Below, one piece after another: positions 42,564 through 52,926 of a stretch of 64,000 bases of DNA. The notes beneath the pieces were generated by a model. That model worked only from the letters and a program-made list of their open reading frames with translations, searched no databases and had not been told where the DNA came from. How positions within the stretch are numbered: the stretch's first letter is position 1; each line of letters begins with the position of its first letter. Source of the DNA: a virus; IMG/VR virus record IMGVR_UViG_3300029950_000012. One strand, given 5' to 3'. The position numbers were made by a program, and so were the translations under genes.

Positions 42564-42580
42564 AAGTAATGTAATACTAT
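42552..42580 (+). promoter_or_regulatory. sigma70-like promoter (TGTAATACTATAGC type, second copy)
   Basis: TATACA-17 nt-TACTAT. AAGTAATGTAATACTATAGCGACCTCTT compares with AAGTACTGTAATACTATAGCATCTCTT at 31877. Confidence 0.5.
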
Positions 42581-42627
42581 AGCGACCTCTTAACCAAAAA
42601 CACATTAAATTTAAAGGAACAATAGAA

Positions 42628-43101
42628 ATGACAGAAGCAGCCCCCCGCAAAAAGCGAGTAAGTATCGCTTCTACTTGTAAAGAAATGATCATCGCTGACA
42701 AAACAACCAAAGCCATCCTAGTTAAGCTAATGAAAAAGTTTGGCCCAGGCACTGAATTGGATAAATCCGAAGAGCGCCTTGCTGACAGCATTAAGTATTA
42801 CACCACACAGCTATTCAGCTTCGGTCAAATTAACGAAAAAACTAAGTACCGTCATCTTCAAAAGATGGGTCGCGGTAAAGGGGAAGGCAAATCAAAAGTA
42901 GAAGAAGAAGAAGCCAAGCCAAAAGTGAGCCGCAAGAAGAAAGCAGAGCTAAAGTCAGACGCAGTAGCAGCAAAGGCGAAGGCGAAGGCGAAGGTAGAAG
43001 CCGTCGAAGAAAAGCCAAAGGCGAAGGTAAAAGCCAAGTCGAAGAAAGCCGCCCCGGTCAAGAAAGCTGGGCGCAAGAAGAAGAAATCAGCCGCGAAGTA
43101 A
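42628..43101 (+). CDS. histone H1-like Lys/Ala-rich DNA-binding protein (157 aa)
   Basis: The C-terminal AAKAKAKAKVEAVEEKPKAKVKAKSKKAAPVKKAGRKKKKSAAK is typical of H1/HC2/AlgP-type tails. Confidence 0.6.
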   Translation: MTEAAPRKKRVSIASTCKEMIIADKTTKAILVKLMKKFGPGTELDKSEERLADSIKYYTTQLFSFGQINEKTKYRHLQKMGRGKGEGKSKVEEEEAKPKVSRKKKAELKSDAVAAKAKAKAKVEAVEEKPKAKVKAKSKKAAPVKKAGRKKKKSAAK

Positions 43102-43287
43102 TTGATGGTGTTGTTTATCTGGTGGGGGAAAATGCTCTTGGCCCCCATGGTGTTCTTACTAGAGTAACAGTTGTTAGTACAGCTTCATGGGTGTCAGGTT
43201 TTACCACTTGTGGGCCAAAAGGTAAAGAACGTGCTAGAATGAAATTAATTTCATACATTGCACACAAGAATTACCAGGACTAGCACG

Positions 43288-43569
43288 ATGGCAAACGTTA
43301 AAAATATACCTCCCTATGATTCCAGTAGGGAGGTTCCTCTCTCTTCAATTGAAGAAGGTCATGCATGCCTTTTGAAAATCAAAGGCACACATTCTCTTTA
43401 CATCGTAGGCAGGATTGGCAATACACCATTAGTATTGGATTGTCCAGATCACCAGCCAAATAAAAATATACTGATAATGAACTTAAACTCGGGAAGGATT
43501 GTAAATAAGCATCCTTTACAAGTGGTCGTCCCTGTCCACTGTAAGATGATAGTTCGTAATAAGGCGTAG
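43288..43569 (+). CDS. hypothetical protein (93 aa)
   Basis: Last plus-strand ORF before the convergent junction. ATG at 43288 preferred over the TTG at 43258. Weak SD. Confidence 0.4.
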   Translation: MANVKNIPPYDSSREVPLSSIEEGHACLLKIKGTHSLYIVGRIGNTPLVLDCPDHQPNKNILIMNLNSGRIVNKHPLQVVVPVHCKMIVRNKA

Positions 43570-43577
43570 GTATTACT

Positions 43578-44081
43578 TTATTGAGAACGTCGCTCCAACT
43601 GTAAGTGACCAAGATCTAAGAAGGGTTTCTTATTCAGTGCCAACATTCGGCGTGTGTATCGCTGTGATTCTTTTTTAACGTCATTGATCCGGGTTAAAGG
43701 CTTGTCCCAACACCCGCCCCAAATCATTTCTACCTTGTGTTCTATGCATGCCCTTTGGAACGCTTCGATAATGGGGAAGTAATACTCGTGAACCCAAGTA
43801 CCCCCATCCGGCCCATAAGCCATAAAATCGATTGCTAAGCGCTTCTGGTGCATACTTATACCTGTACCAGTGAAATTGCCTATCCTCAGTCCCTTGGGTA
43901 TGCCATTGAGCTTAGACTTGTTGTTCCGGTAGATCTTCAACTGTTCTTCGTCTGTACGCAGTCCTGATATAATGGCAATGTCATAAGGGGTATATGTCAA
44001 CGCTGTTTGTGCAACTTTTGCCATTTGGTGATCGACTGTAGAAAGTATCTGTATGGAACGTTTGCCGTAGCGGAAGCTCAT
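43578..44081 (-). CDS. endolysin, peptidase M15 family (L-alanyl-D-glutamate / VanY-type)
   Basis: 167 aa. SGLRTDEEQ, SMHQKRLAIDF (H..D zinc ligands) and DLGHLQL (third ligand His). Confidence 0.8.
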   Translation of the reverse strand: MSFRYGKRSIQILSTVDHQMAKVAQTALTYTPYDIAIISGLRTDEEQLKIYRNNKSKLNGIPKGLRIGNFTGTGISMHQKRLAIDFMAYGPDGGTWVHEYYFPIIEAFQRACIEHKVEMIWGGCWDKPLTRINDVKKESQRYTRRMLALNKKPFLDLGHLQLERRSQ

Positions 44082-44082
44082 A

Positions 44083-44361
44083 TCAAGACCCTTTGTTCAT
44101 TAACTCTCGTAGACCCACGAATAGCGCTGTACCAACGCCGCCTATGACTGTCAAGATAGCAGCAGTAAAACCGATTGTTCTTAAGCTTTTTGCTGACTCA
44201 CGAAGATTACGAAGGTAGGAGAAGTCTTGTTGTAATTTGATGGGGTCACTTGAATCAATGCCGCAACGAGTGAACGCTCTCATTACGGTCTTTTCCATTA
44301 TCTCCTCTAATTCCGCCTTAGTTAAAGCTATCTGTACATTCTCTTCATTCAATGGGGGCAT
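44083..44361 (-). CDS. tail-anchored membrane protein, holin candidate (92 aa)
   Basis: Single C-terminal TM span IGFTAAILTVIGGVGTALFVGL. Directly upstream of the endolysin. Confidence 0.45.
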   Translation of the reverse strand: MPPLNEENVQIALTKAELEEIMEKTVMRAFTRCGIDSSDPIKLQQDFSYLRNLRESAKSLRTIGFTAAILTVIGGVGTALFVGLRELMNKGS

Positions 44362-44435
44362 TAGGCTACATCCGGTACGTGTATTTAATTTATACTAACC
44401 ATAATAGCCCAACCCTTCCCATTTGCCCAGCTACT

Positions 44436-44813
44436 CTATTGCACTCCAATGTAATGCGCGGCGGGTATAAGTGTTATTGCAAGACAAAGGAAAGTTAATG
44501 TACCACTGATCACAAAGTAAATTCGCTTAGGCATCTTCCATCCCCTATACTCCCAACCTTTAAACCAACCCTTCTTAGTTCCCCACTTATCACACGCTAC
44601 ACAATAAGTAAAGTCCATGAAAGGCGTTCGTAACGTTCGCAAATTCATACAGTCTAAACGTGTTCGGGGCTCCTCCATTAGTGGGATGTAAACACCCACC
44701 CCATTATCCTTATTCTCCTCTGCAACTTCCCTGTCATCCTCCCTGCTTTTACACAGCAGGGGTTTTGAGTTGCGTTTGATCATAGCCTTAATTTCTTCTT
44801 CGTGATTTTTCAT
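44436..44813 (-). CDS. tail-anchored membrane protein (125 aa)
   Basis: Single C-terminal TM span IYFVISGTLTFLCLAITLIPAA. Cys/Trp-rich middle part. Confidence 0.45.
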   Translation of the reverse strand: MKNHEEEIKAMIKRNSKPLLCKSREDDREVAEENKDNGVGVYIPLMEEPRTRLDCMNLRTLRTPFMDFTYCVACDKWGTKKGWFKGWEYRGWKMPKRIYFVISGTLTFLCLAITLIPAAHYIGVQ

Positions 44814-44828
44814 TTACATACCTTAATT

Positions 44829-47800
44829 TTAAATTGGAATATCAACTCTCATATATGCTATCCAAGTCTCAGTTGAATAGTAACCTGTCTTAACATCATA
44901 CCCCCTAACTTCAAGCCTTAACACAAAGTTATCGCCGGGGGCAAACAAGTCTGCTGTCTTTGTATTATCGGTGTCATGGTTTGTGTCTCCATTCGCATCC
45001 TGAGTCCCATCAAACAGCATCGTTATGTCCTGTCCTTCTCCCGGTATATATGTTCCTAGTGCAAGAGCGTTTGATTCATCCAGCGTATCAACATCAACGC
45101 CAGGATTAGCAGCACGCCACACAACACCCCTTCTTATAAACCTTCCTTGGTCAGAACCATACAGGCTCTTGCTGTAGAAGTAGTGGGTGTTTTCAGCATC
45201 TGTTGCGCCTATCCCTAGCAGTGCGCTAGTATCATTATTATAGTACTTAACTTCTATAAAGTCTGATCCTATAGTAGGTTTATTTGAGTTCCCCCTACCA
45301 TATATGTTCATCTCGCCACTTGCAGGAAAAGCTTGCTGATCTATGACCCTACGTCTACCCGCCCACGTTATAGGCAATATTTCTTGGGTGTGGATATATC
45401 TATTAGCATCCACCACGTCAACGTCAGCAAGGTTTGCAGTTAGCTCTTTAAAAGACTGGGATACATACTCAGGCATGTTCCTTATACTAACTGCAAAATC
45501 AAACTGGTTTAACGGCCTAAGACCTATATCATTAGAAGTGAAGTCTTGGTATATAGGATCAGAGGTTGATATACCCCCAAAGTCAGAAGCGCCTAACAAA
45601 CCTATTCTATTAACAGGGCTGACTTGAACCTCATCATTCTCATCAACGTAAGTAGTACCATTTAAAGGTAGTGTAGAGATATGGGATAGGTCTATCATCC
45701 AAATGTTAGAACCTATAGGCCACGAATACATCTTACTGCCAAAGACGGTTCTATAGAAATCAAATGTCACATCTGAGTTACCTTCCTCGTAGTCTGTTAT
45801 TTCTCGTATCCATATAAACTCATACTGGGAGGCATCTGCATTCGCTATAACGCATAAATTATAGGTATCCAAACCTCTATAAGTCTGATCAAAACTAGGG
45901 TTTATCGACCCTGGTTTAGTTGACAGAGTAATAGCCCCATTCACAGGGGGAGCTGAAAAGTCATCGTCATACAATACTCCGATAGGAACACCAAACTCAT
46001 CCACACCTGGCTCCTTTCTAGTACAGGTGACCTGAGTATTACCAAAGACTAGCCAGCTCCCATTTAAGGGGACTTCACTTTTCGCGTCTATAACTTGTGT
46101 AGTTACATGCTTAGTAGGGAAATGGCGTTTAATCCCTTCTACCCCTCCATCTCCTGTAGTAAATACATACTTGGGTGTGGCCATGTTAGGCGTTTCAAAT
46201 AATGGTAGAACATGCACCTTATCATCGCGTGCCATGAATCGAGGAACTTCTATAAATACTATACTAGAGTCTGGTGGGCCACCAACGACTACAGCAGGGT
46301 CTATTTGTATAGTAACGCCAGTAGTAGTACCAAATACCAGGGTTCCCAAACCATCTAACACAGCATCAGCAGGGGTTGATATATGCCAAGTCGCTTTTAA
46401 GTTCTCTATATCCTGCACAAAGCTATCTGTAATATTATTTACCCAAGTAGTACCACCAATCTCTACACTTCGGATATAGTTTCTCTCGTAATAGATTGGT
46501 TCTCCTACAGTACCAAGGTTAACAAGATCGATTATTATAGTTAATGACTTAGTAGCTGTAGCCTTATGATCAATCTGAACTTTCCTGACATCGCTACCAT
46601 TAAACGCAGGGGTGTTACAGGTACCAAATAAAGGTGCTTGCTTAACTCCACTGCCTCCATAACTGCTAAATCCTAAAAAGTCTCCGTCATCTCCCCCTAA
46701 CACATCAATTATTATATCGCCGGTTATTACAGTAGAATCACCATCTGGGTAACCTATGTCCGGGTCTCCTGCATTGCCCAAGATGTCAGAATCAAAAATA
46801 CTTGAATCCTCTCGGAACGCATCTTCAACAACGTTCGCAACTATTACTTCGCTGTTAGCATCGCCGTAATTAACTGTTTTAACCCGAGCAACAAAGTCAA
46901 CAAGTCCAAGAGGTGACCAGTTGATTACTATAACATCCCCTTTCTTTATATCAAATGCTGCTCTTGTAAGTGTAACTTCCATTGGCTTAGGTGCAGAAGC
47001 CAGCATGCGCATTTCACGCCAAGCCACCTTTTGCGCAACAGTTTCATTAAGCAACATCTTGTATGGCATTTCTAAACTGTTGATGTTACCAATAGATTGC
47101 ATGGCCGCGTTGTTAAAAGCTACCGCAATCTGAGGAGTATAGTTTCGCCTTCTGTCAATGTAGGCAACTTTGAATTCAGTGTTAACTGTATCCGCAGACG
47201 TTTGGGCCAATTGATTAACAGTCTTTATTAGGTCATCTGTGAAACTCGTACGTACAAAGCTCGGGTCTGTCTCTACTCCTGTACTATCCCCTGTAGTGTT
47301 ATTCTTTAGGTCATCAAGTTCCCAGTCATCACGTAGTAACCGCAAAGACAACTTACCTGTATCTCTGTCAGTTTCTATTATTCCGTTTATGTGCTTTAGT
47401 ATTTCATCCTTTATATTATTCATGGTTGCTTTTTCATGCAACTGTATTGATATTCCAAAATTGGCATTAAACAGAACAACGCCAATAGTTAAAAAACTAA
47501 TATCATCAATAGAGGCAGCGGGGATAGCAGCCCCGAACAAAGGACTGGTTAATAACTCGTACAGTACAAAAGCTGGGTTTGCATCATACCTAGCGCGTGA
47601 ATCCCCATCTGTATATGCGCCATCATTAATAGAGAAGTAAGGATCACCACCAACGCCCGCAAAAGGGTTAGGCAATCTTTCTAGTTCAAACTTCAACTGC
47701 CTTACAGAACCATTAGTCCCCCACATTCCATATATAGAAGCCCACGACACGTTCCTAAGAGCCCAAAACCTAGTTGGCTCATACACGTTAGCCCTACCTG

Positions 47801-48356
47801 AAACGTTTTGCATGGAAGCGTTGTTCCAATCCTCCCCATTATCCAAGAGTGAATCAGGGTGTCCTCGGTTAAATCTAAAAACTAGATCTGGGCCGCCAGC
47901 CCTAAACCCATATAAGTCTGGGTTTCTGAGGTTAAAGTATTCATTCAAGAACGGCCTATGTGGGATAAAGTGTGTCGATATTTGTTCAGGTGTCATGTAC
48001 CCGATATGGTCAGCATCCGCAAAGACTAGATAGTTATCAGATATAAAGGAAAGCATCCTAACGTCAGAGCCATAGCAGAAAGTTACTCCTATACTAAGCC
48101 CATAGTGGTACCCAGCCAATTGATCCTCTATGTAGAAAGGTACTGTCACTAACGCTCCCCTCTCTATTACATTAGGTGACTCATGTAGTACAGTACCTGC
48201 GATGTATGGTATTGCCCTGCCAGCATCCGCAGTAGGAAACTTAAACTCACCTTCGCCTAAAGGCTTTAGCGATGCATTAGGTGACGCAGCAACTGCCGCT
48301 TGTGCAACTGCCACAGCCACAATAACTATTACTATGTATATTAAAATTGTACCCAT
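44829..48356 (-). CDS. tail tip / host-specificity protein (gpJ-like central fibre)
   Basis: 1175 aa and the largest post-tape-measure ORF. It follows a DUF2163-like protein as in lambda/GTA-type tip modules. N-terminal hydrophobic segment. Confidence 0.65.
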   Translation of the reverse strand: MGTILIYIVIVIVAVAVAQAAVAASPNASLKPLGEGEFKFPTADAGRAIPYIAGTVLHESPNVIERGALVTVPFYIEDQLAGYHYGLSIGVTFCYGSDVRMLSFISDNYLVFADADHIGYMTPEQISTHFIPHRPFLNEYFNLRNPDLYGFRAGGPDLVFRFNRGHPDSLLDNGEDWNNASMQNVSGRANVYEPTRFWALRNVSWASIYGMWGTNGSVRQLKFELERLPNPFAGVGGDPYFSINDGAYTDGDSRARYDANPAFVLYELLTSPLFGAAIPAASIDDISFLTIGVVLFNANFGISIQLHEKATMNNIKDEILKHINGIIETDRDTGKLSLRLLRDDWELDDLKNNTTGDSTGVETDPSFVRTSFTDDLIKTVNQLAQTSADTVNTEFKVAYIDRRRNYTPQIAVAFNNAAMQSIGNINSLEMPYKMLLNETVAQKVAWREMRMLASAPKPMEVTLTRAAFDIKKGDVIVINWSPLGLVDFVARVKTVNYGDANSEVIVANVVEDAFREDSSIFDSDILGNAGDPDIGYPDGDSTVITGDIIIDVLGGDDGDFLGFSSYGGSGVKQAPLFGTCNTPAFNGSDVRKVQIDHKATATKSLTIIIDLVNLGTVGEPIYYERNYIRSVEIGGTTWVNNITDSFVQDIENLKATWHISTPADAVLDGLGTLVFGTTTGVTIQIDPAVVVGGPPDSSIVFIEVPRFMARDDKVHVLPLFETPNMATPKYVFTTGDGGVEGIKRHFPTKHVTTQVIDAKSEVPLNGSWLVFGNTQVTCTRKEPGVDEFGVPIGVLYDDDFSAPPVNGAITLSTKPGSINPSFDQTYRGLDTYNLCVIANADASQYEFIWIREITDYEEGNSDVTFDFYRTVFGSKMYSWPIGSNIWMIDLSHISTLPLNGTTYVDENDEVQVSPVNRIGLLGASDFGGISTSDPIYQDFTSNDIGLRPLNQFDFAVSIRNMPEYVSQSFKELTANLADVDVVDANRYIHTQEILPITWAGRRRVIDQQAFPASGEMNIYGRGNSNKPTIGSDFIEVKYYNNDTSALLGIGATDAENTHYFYSKSLYGSDQGRFIRRGVVWRAANPGVDVDTLDESNALALGTYIPGEGQDITMLFDGTQDANGDTNHDTDNTKTADLFAPGDNFVLRLEVRGYDVKTGYYSTETWIAYMRVDIPI

Positions 48357-49276
48357 TACAAACTACCCCATGTAGCGCCGTTCAATGTGGAGCCTACTGG
48401 ATTCTTAGTAGGCAAATCGGGAAACCCTAAATAGTTAATACTGTTACCATACGAACCAGTAGGGTCTTGTTCTGCAAATAGTACATCAGCAGCAGGAAGG
48501 ACAAAGTTGTCTGCACATATCGTCCGCTCCCCCTGACATCCAGGGGCAAGAGATACCACACTCCCTATCATTAGTACAGGAATAGGTACTAGCAATGACA
48601 GCTTGAGGTTAGCCGTATCTTGCCCTATCACAGTTGCAAACTCTTGGCCTAATCGCATTGTACCCCCAAGATGTGCGTCATCGTGTATCCCCTCAAAACC
48701 GCCAGGGAATACAGGCATCGCATCTAATACTACTGTAAGACCCTTATCCTCAATAGCAGTTATCACTGCTGTCTCTTCATACAAAGCCCTATCCAATCTA
48801 CAGAACTGATCATAGATTGTGTGGTTGCAACGTGATTGATGTGTCATTCTTAAAATGAAACGATCTAGAAAGTTTGATATAGAGTTAGTAATGATTTGTG
48901 CATTAGTGTCATCGCGCCAAGTTACAGTCTTAACAACACCTGTATAGATCTCCCGCTTTTCGTCATCAGGGTCAAAGGCATGATACCTTGTAATAGTAAA
49001 TGTAACACTGTCCAATGGTATACGCTCAAAAAAGAAAAGGGCTAAAGGGTTGTCCCTGTTAACTTCTATAGGCAGCTCTTCCCCCTCTTCAGTGTTGCTT
49101 GTATTAATGTCCCCCCTCTTCATAAAGGTGGGAAGGTACACATCACCATTATAGGATACCGGCTCTTGACCTGAGGTATAAGTATACTTGGTACCATTCC
49201 CTTGATACGTGAACAGGTATAGTTCTATAGGACTAAACAGCCCTGTACTACTTGTCTCTGCTGCTATGAATGTCAT
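48356..49276 (-). CDS. tail tip protein, DUF2163/BR0599-like
   Basis: 306 aa. N-terminal SPIELYLFTY....YTYTSG...V.YNG..Y.P and central C.H.....FCRLD match the DUF2163 + BR0599 pattern (recalled from memory). Confidence 0.55.
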   Translation of the reverse strand: MTFIAAETSSTGLFSPIELYLFTYQGNGTKYTYTSGQEPVSYNGDVYLPTFMKRGDINTSNTEEGEELPIEVNRDNPLALFFFERIPLDSVTFTITRYHAFDPDDEKREIYTGVVKTVTWRDDTNAQIITNSISNFLDRFILRMTHQSRCNHTIYDQFCRLDRALYEETAVITAIEDKGLTVVLDAMPVFPGGFEGIHDDAHLGGTMRLGQEFATVIGQDTANLKLSLLVPIPVLMIGSVVSLAPGCQGERTICADNFVLPAADVLFAEQDPTGSYGNSINYLGFPDLPTKNPVGSTLNGATWGSL

Positions 49277-50940
49277 ATTATATTCACCAATGGTATGGAT
49301 ACTGTTGATTTATTTGGGGACTCATGCTTTATTTCTATGTCATCGTCATTGAACCGTACAAGGTGCATAAAACACACCATCTGTACATCATCAGCAACGA
49401 CTAACGATCTAGTTAGTGCCGGTACAAATGATATGTCCTTTTGATTGAGGAGGGTTGCTATAGCATTATGTACTGTACCGTCTGTAAACTGAAACTGAAT
49501 ACCGTATGTTCCGGCGTATTCCTCAATACCGTTTAGTCCATCCGCTGTTATTATTGTAGAGCCAATATCAACAGTCAGGGTGCCTATCACGATGTCGGGC
49601 CTGTGAGAAGGTAAATAGAACCCCCCAACTCTTCCCCTCATGTAGTAAGTGAACCTTTTAAACAAAGTTATCTGGCTAGTGTCCTTAGCAGTGTAGTTAA
49701 GAGTGTAGTAATCCCTAACCTTAGCAGCCAGTAAAACCATGTCCACGTTACCAGAATCATGATCGTTGAAAGCCCTCGTTGTCAGAGAGCCAGCTTTTAC
49801 ACCCGAGAACACTCTATTTAAGAAAGGCCAAACCAAATATCCATCTAGCGTTTCCCATCCTGCATCTGTGAAGGTTGTCATAAGTGGAGTGTCCCACTTA
49901 TAATAAGTGGATGATTCAACCTCTAAAGAGATAGAAACTACGTCATTCGCTCCATAAGACACTTCCGGCTTTTCCCTGAGGAAGCCCGTTATCATAGGCA
50001 TTACCCAAGCGCTATCTGTTATTTGTATAGTAGTAGGTGTAATAGTTGTAGTCGTTGCCTCAACTTGCGTTATAGTGACAACTTCGTCAGCAGCTTTTCT
50101 GTTGTATACAAATAATGAGTCATTCACCTGTACATCCCAATCGTCACTACCGAAAGGTAATACCGTTGACGCTGGCCCAAGATTTGAAACAGGCAATGCT
50201 TCCCGCCACATTGGAAAAGAGAAGTGATCCTTTTCACTATTACGCAAAACTGCTAAGAACCTGCTTGCTTCTGGCCCATCCAACATCCAGTTAAACTTTG
50301 CCGTCAGTCTAGGGTGCTGGCGTACCACACCCCTAAACTCTGTAGTATATGTAGTAGCTATGCGTGACAAGTAGCCTAGCTTTTCTATCATAGGGAACTC
50401 GGGTACCGATGTCTGTGTGGAGGTACGAACACCCGTTACCATTAGTACAGTAGTAGCACCATTGGTAAACGTCCAAGTAATGCTAAACGCTATGTCATCA
50501 TCCCCATCCCCCGGTATGGTAACTAGCTGGGCTGTTGATGAAAGACGGTCTATTGTTTCTCCGGGGTTAATTCCTACTAATACTATGGTAGGGTCAGAAA
50601 TTACTATAGTAGCTACTGTAACCTCATTGCTGTGAAGAAACCTGTTGTATAGGATAAATCCATATGCAGTGTCATTTAAAACGGAACCCACATTAAGTGC
50701 TTGAGGATCTGCTTCAACATAGTTGTATACTATTTCAGATAAGCCACCTGAGATAACGCCTGCCAATACATCAGGTGCTATAGCTATTACATTATGAACC
50801 CCCGTCGCAGTAGCACCTATAATACCATGAGACTTTCCATGCAAGGTGTCAGCCCTCCTACCATCTGTATACATGGTAGGGGTATAAGTAAGCGCATGGA
50901 GTGACAGCGTGGTGGCTAAAGATCCAGTAAAGGTAGCCAT
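49273..50940 (-). CDS. tail tip/baseplate-hub-associated protein (555 aa)
   Basis: ATGA overlap with the downstream gene. Position lies between the distal tail genes and the gpL/J-like genes. Confidence 0.55.
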   Translation of the reverse strand: MATFTGSLATTLSLHALTYTPTMYTDGRRADTLHGKSHGIIGATATGVHNVIAIAPDVLAGVISGGLSEIVYNYVEADPQALNVGSVLNDTAYGFILYNRFLHSNEVTVATIVISDPTIVLVGINPGETIDRLSSTAQLVTIPGDGDDDIAFSITWTFTNGATTVLMVTGVRTSTQTSVPEFPMIEKLGYLSRIATTYTTEFRGVVRQHPRLTAKFNWMLDGPEASRFLAVLRNSEKDHFSFPMWREALPVSNLGPASTVLPFGSDDWDVQVNDSLFVYNRKAADEVVTITQVEATTTTITPTTIQITDSAWVMPMITGFLREKPEVSYGANDVVSISLEVESSTYYKWDTPLMTTFTDAGWETLDGYLVWPFLNRVFSGVKAGSLTTRAFNDHDSGNVDMVLLAAKVRDYYTLNYTAKDTSQITLFKRFTYYMRGRVGGFYLPSHRPDIVIGTLTVDIGSTIITADGLNGIEEYAGTYGIQFQFTDGTVHNAIATLLNQKDISFVPALTRSLVVADDVQMVCFMHLVRFNDDDIEIKHESPNKSTVSIPLVNII

Positions 50941-50943
50941 TAA

Positions 50944-51999
50944 TTAAACCTCTTTTAGGACGGCATAGCCATAATGCCCTGAGTCAAATTGAGAATCCTC
51001 AGGATAGAATGCAGAGGTTGTGGTTACGTCATCCCTCTTAGCTATATCCGTAGAAGTGGATTTCTTTATAAAGGGAAATACCACATATGTATCACCCCCT
51101 ATAATGATTTCTGCCTCTGCTGTAAGACTAAATAAGGATACCACATACGTTTTTTGCATATTACCAATATGTCTATATCCCTGCACAGACCCCTCTTCAT
51201 ACCATAGCCACTGTGGCTGTAATAAGAACACATTTCCTGTTGCTAAGTTTGGGTTATATTCCATCGCCCTGTTTATAAGAGGGTAGTCAAATGCTCCTAT
51301 GTGGGTGATAGACTGTGTGTGACCCCCTTTGGCAAACCCTTGCCAGTTATCCGCGTCTCCTGGCTGTTCACAGTTAACAAAGAAATTAGCAGGGCTTTCC
51401 AATCCTGTAGTAAGGTCATGAGTAATTGTCTGTACATGGTGCCCTAGGCCATGTGCATTTGACGCAGTAGCATTAATCCCGGCCTTTACCGTCTCACCAC
51501 TAGTGGAAGCACCAAAGTAAAACCCACCTACCCATGTGCCGACTTTTTCTAGAAAGCCAAAGGTCAAGTGTTGGTAAACGCCGCCTATCCTAACAGAAAC
51601 CCAAACTCTCTCTTCGCTAGTAAATATCTTGTAGTTTACTGTCTGATCCACAGCACCATGAAATAATGCACATGCCCAAGGGTCATTAGCATTCCCTGTA
51701 GGCCCATCAGTTTGTCTAGCTGTCCATGAGGCACCCAGATTGTCATACCCCATTCCTCCTCTTATACCAAAACCGCTACTAGCATTAAGGGCGTTAGTTT
51801 CTTCAGTTAGGAATAAGTTATTAATTGCTGATATAAAAGTGACAGTTTCTAACGTTGTCGCTTTCTGCATAGTTATTCTACTGCCTGTGCCTTCTACTAC
51901 ATCCTCTAATATAGACCACGTTGTCTCAGCCGCGATCTCATCAGTTATTACCGTTAGAGCTGCGCCAAAACTTGCGCTGTTCCCGCTTAAGAATCCCAT
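50944..51999 (-). CDS. tail protein (351 aa)
   Basis: ATG at 51999 with a GGAGG SD 7 nt upstream and a TAATG junction, preferred over 52023. Confidence 0.55.
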   Translation of the reverse strand: MGFLSGNSASFGAALTVITDEIAAETTWSILEDVVEGTGSRITMQKATTLETVTFISAINNLFLTEETNALNASSGFGIRGGMGYDNLGASWTARQTDGPTGNANDPWACALFHGAVDQTVNYKIFTSEERVWVSVRIGGVYQHLTFGFLEKVGTWVGGFYFGASTSGETVKAGINATASNAHGLGHHVQTITHDLTTGLESPANFFVNCEQPGDADNWQGFAKGGHTQSITHIGAFDYPLINRAMEYNPNLATGNVFLLQPQWLWYEEGSVQGYRHIGNMQKTYVVSLFSLTAEAEIIIGGDTYVVFPFIKKSTSTDIAKRDDVTTTSAFYPEDSQFDSGHYGYAVLKEV

Positions 52000-52922
52000 T
52001 ATATAGCCTCCATTACATACCAAGAATCAACGCCGCTAGTGAGGGGGTGTCGAAATGCGTGATACGTTATACCCCCTGCGACTATAGTATCTCCATTTGA
52101 TATAGGAGAAAATCCACCTATCCTGAAAAACCCATCTAGTGTTATAGTAATGCCTAGATCAAATTCAAGGACAAAGGAAGTTATGGGGTATACCGTCCAC
52201 ACTTCTCCTATGCCTGTTCTTTTATTACTAAAGAAGCTGGCGGGGTAAGGGTACGTTTGGTTTAACGCTGTCTCCCCCATGGTATAAGGGAGGTTATCCG
52301 TATGAGCAATTGCAGCACAGCTAGTTTCATTTATAAGAAAACATTTCAGTAGATTTGACCCACTGTTATATGCTATCCCCCCTAGTACCGAATTACTGGT
52401 AGCAACGGTAAAATTACCATTGTTTATGTACACGCCACCTATAAGGGCTGGGTACGCATACTCGTCTATTCCAACATTCGTTAGAGGGGTGCCGAAGGAA
52501 AGGGGAAAGGCTATGTCATCTATATGTACTACAATATTAATCCGAGTACCTGTAGCGGACACATAGAGTTTCATGTTAGAAGTACCCAGTGGTATGCATG
52601 GCCATATGTCACCACCCCCTCTATGCTCCTGGTCATCATAATCCTTTCCAGAGTCATAAGAGAATAATATACTAGCCATCAAACCGTACTGGGCTCCTAT
52701 TGGATTACTCTCCGTCTGAACGGCTATGTAGATCTTATGGTCAGCGTCAAGACCTACCGACTCTAGTATAACCCTCCTTTCAGTGTTGCCTGTTACAGGA
52801 GGGATGTAATCCTCTCTTGGGTACACTTCTGTCCACCCTTCTGCTACTGCCATATCGATCACTTTATTAAATACTTCTTTATGATCTGAGTAAGGCGCTC
52901 CACTACCATTAAAAAATGTCAT
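51999..52922 (-). CDS. distal tail protein candidate (307 aa)
   Basis: First gene after the tape measure. Position-based call. Confidence 0.5.
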   Translation of the reverse strand: MTFFNGSGAPYSDHKEVFNKVIDMAVAEGWTEVYPREDYIPPVTGNTERRVILESVGLDADHKIYIAVQTESNPIGAQYGLMASILFSYDSGKDYDDQEHRGGGDIWPCIPLGTSNMKLYVSATGTRINIVVHIDDIAFPLSFGTPLTNVGIDEYAYPALIGGVYINNGNFTVATSNSVLGGIAYNSGSNLLKCFLINETSCAAIAHTDNLPYTMGETALNQTYPYPASFFSNKRTGIGEVWTVYPITSFVLEFDLGITITLDGFFRIGGFSPISNGDTIVAGGITYHAFRHPLTSGVDSWYVMEAI

Positions 52923-52926
52923 CTAT

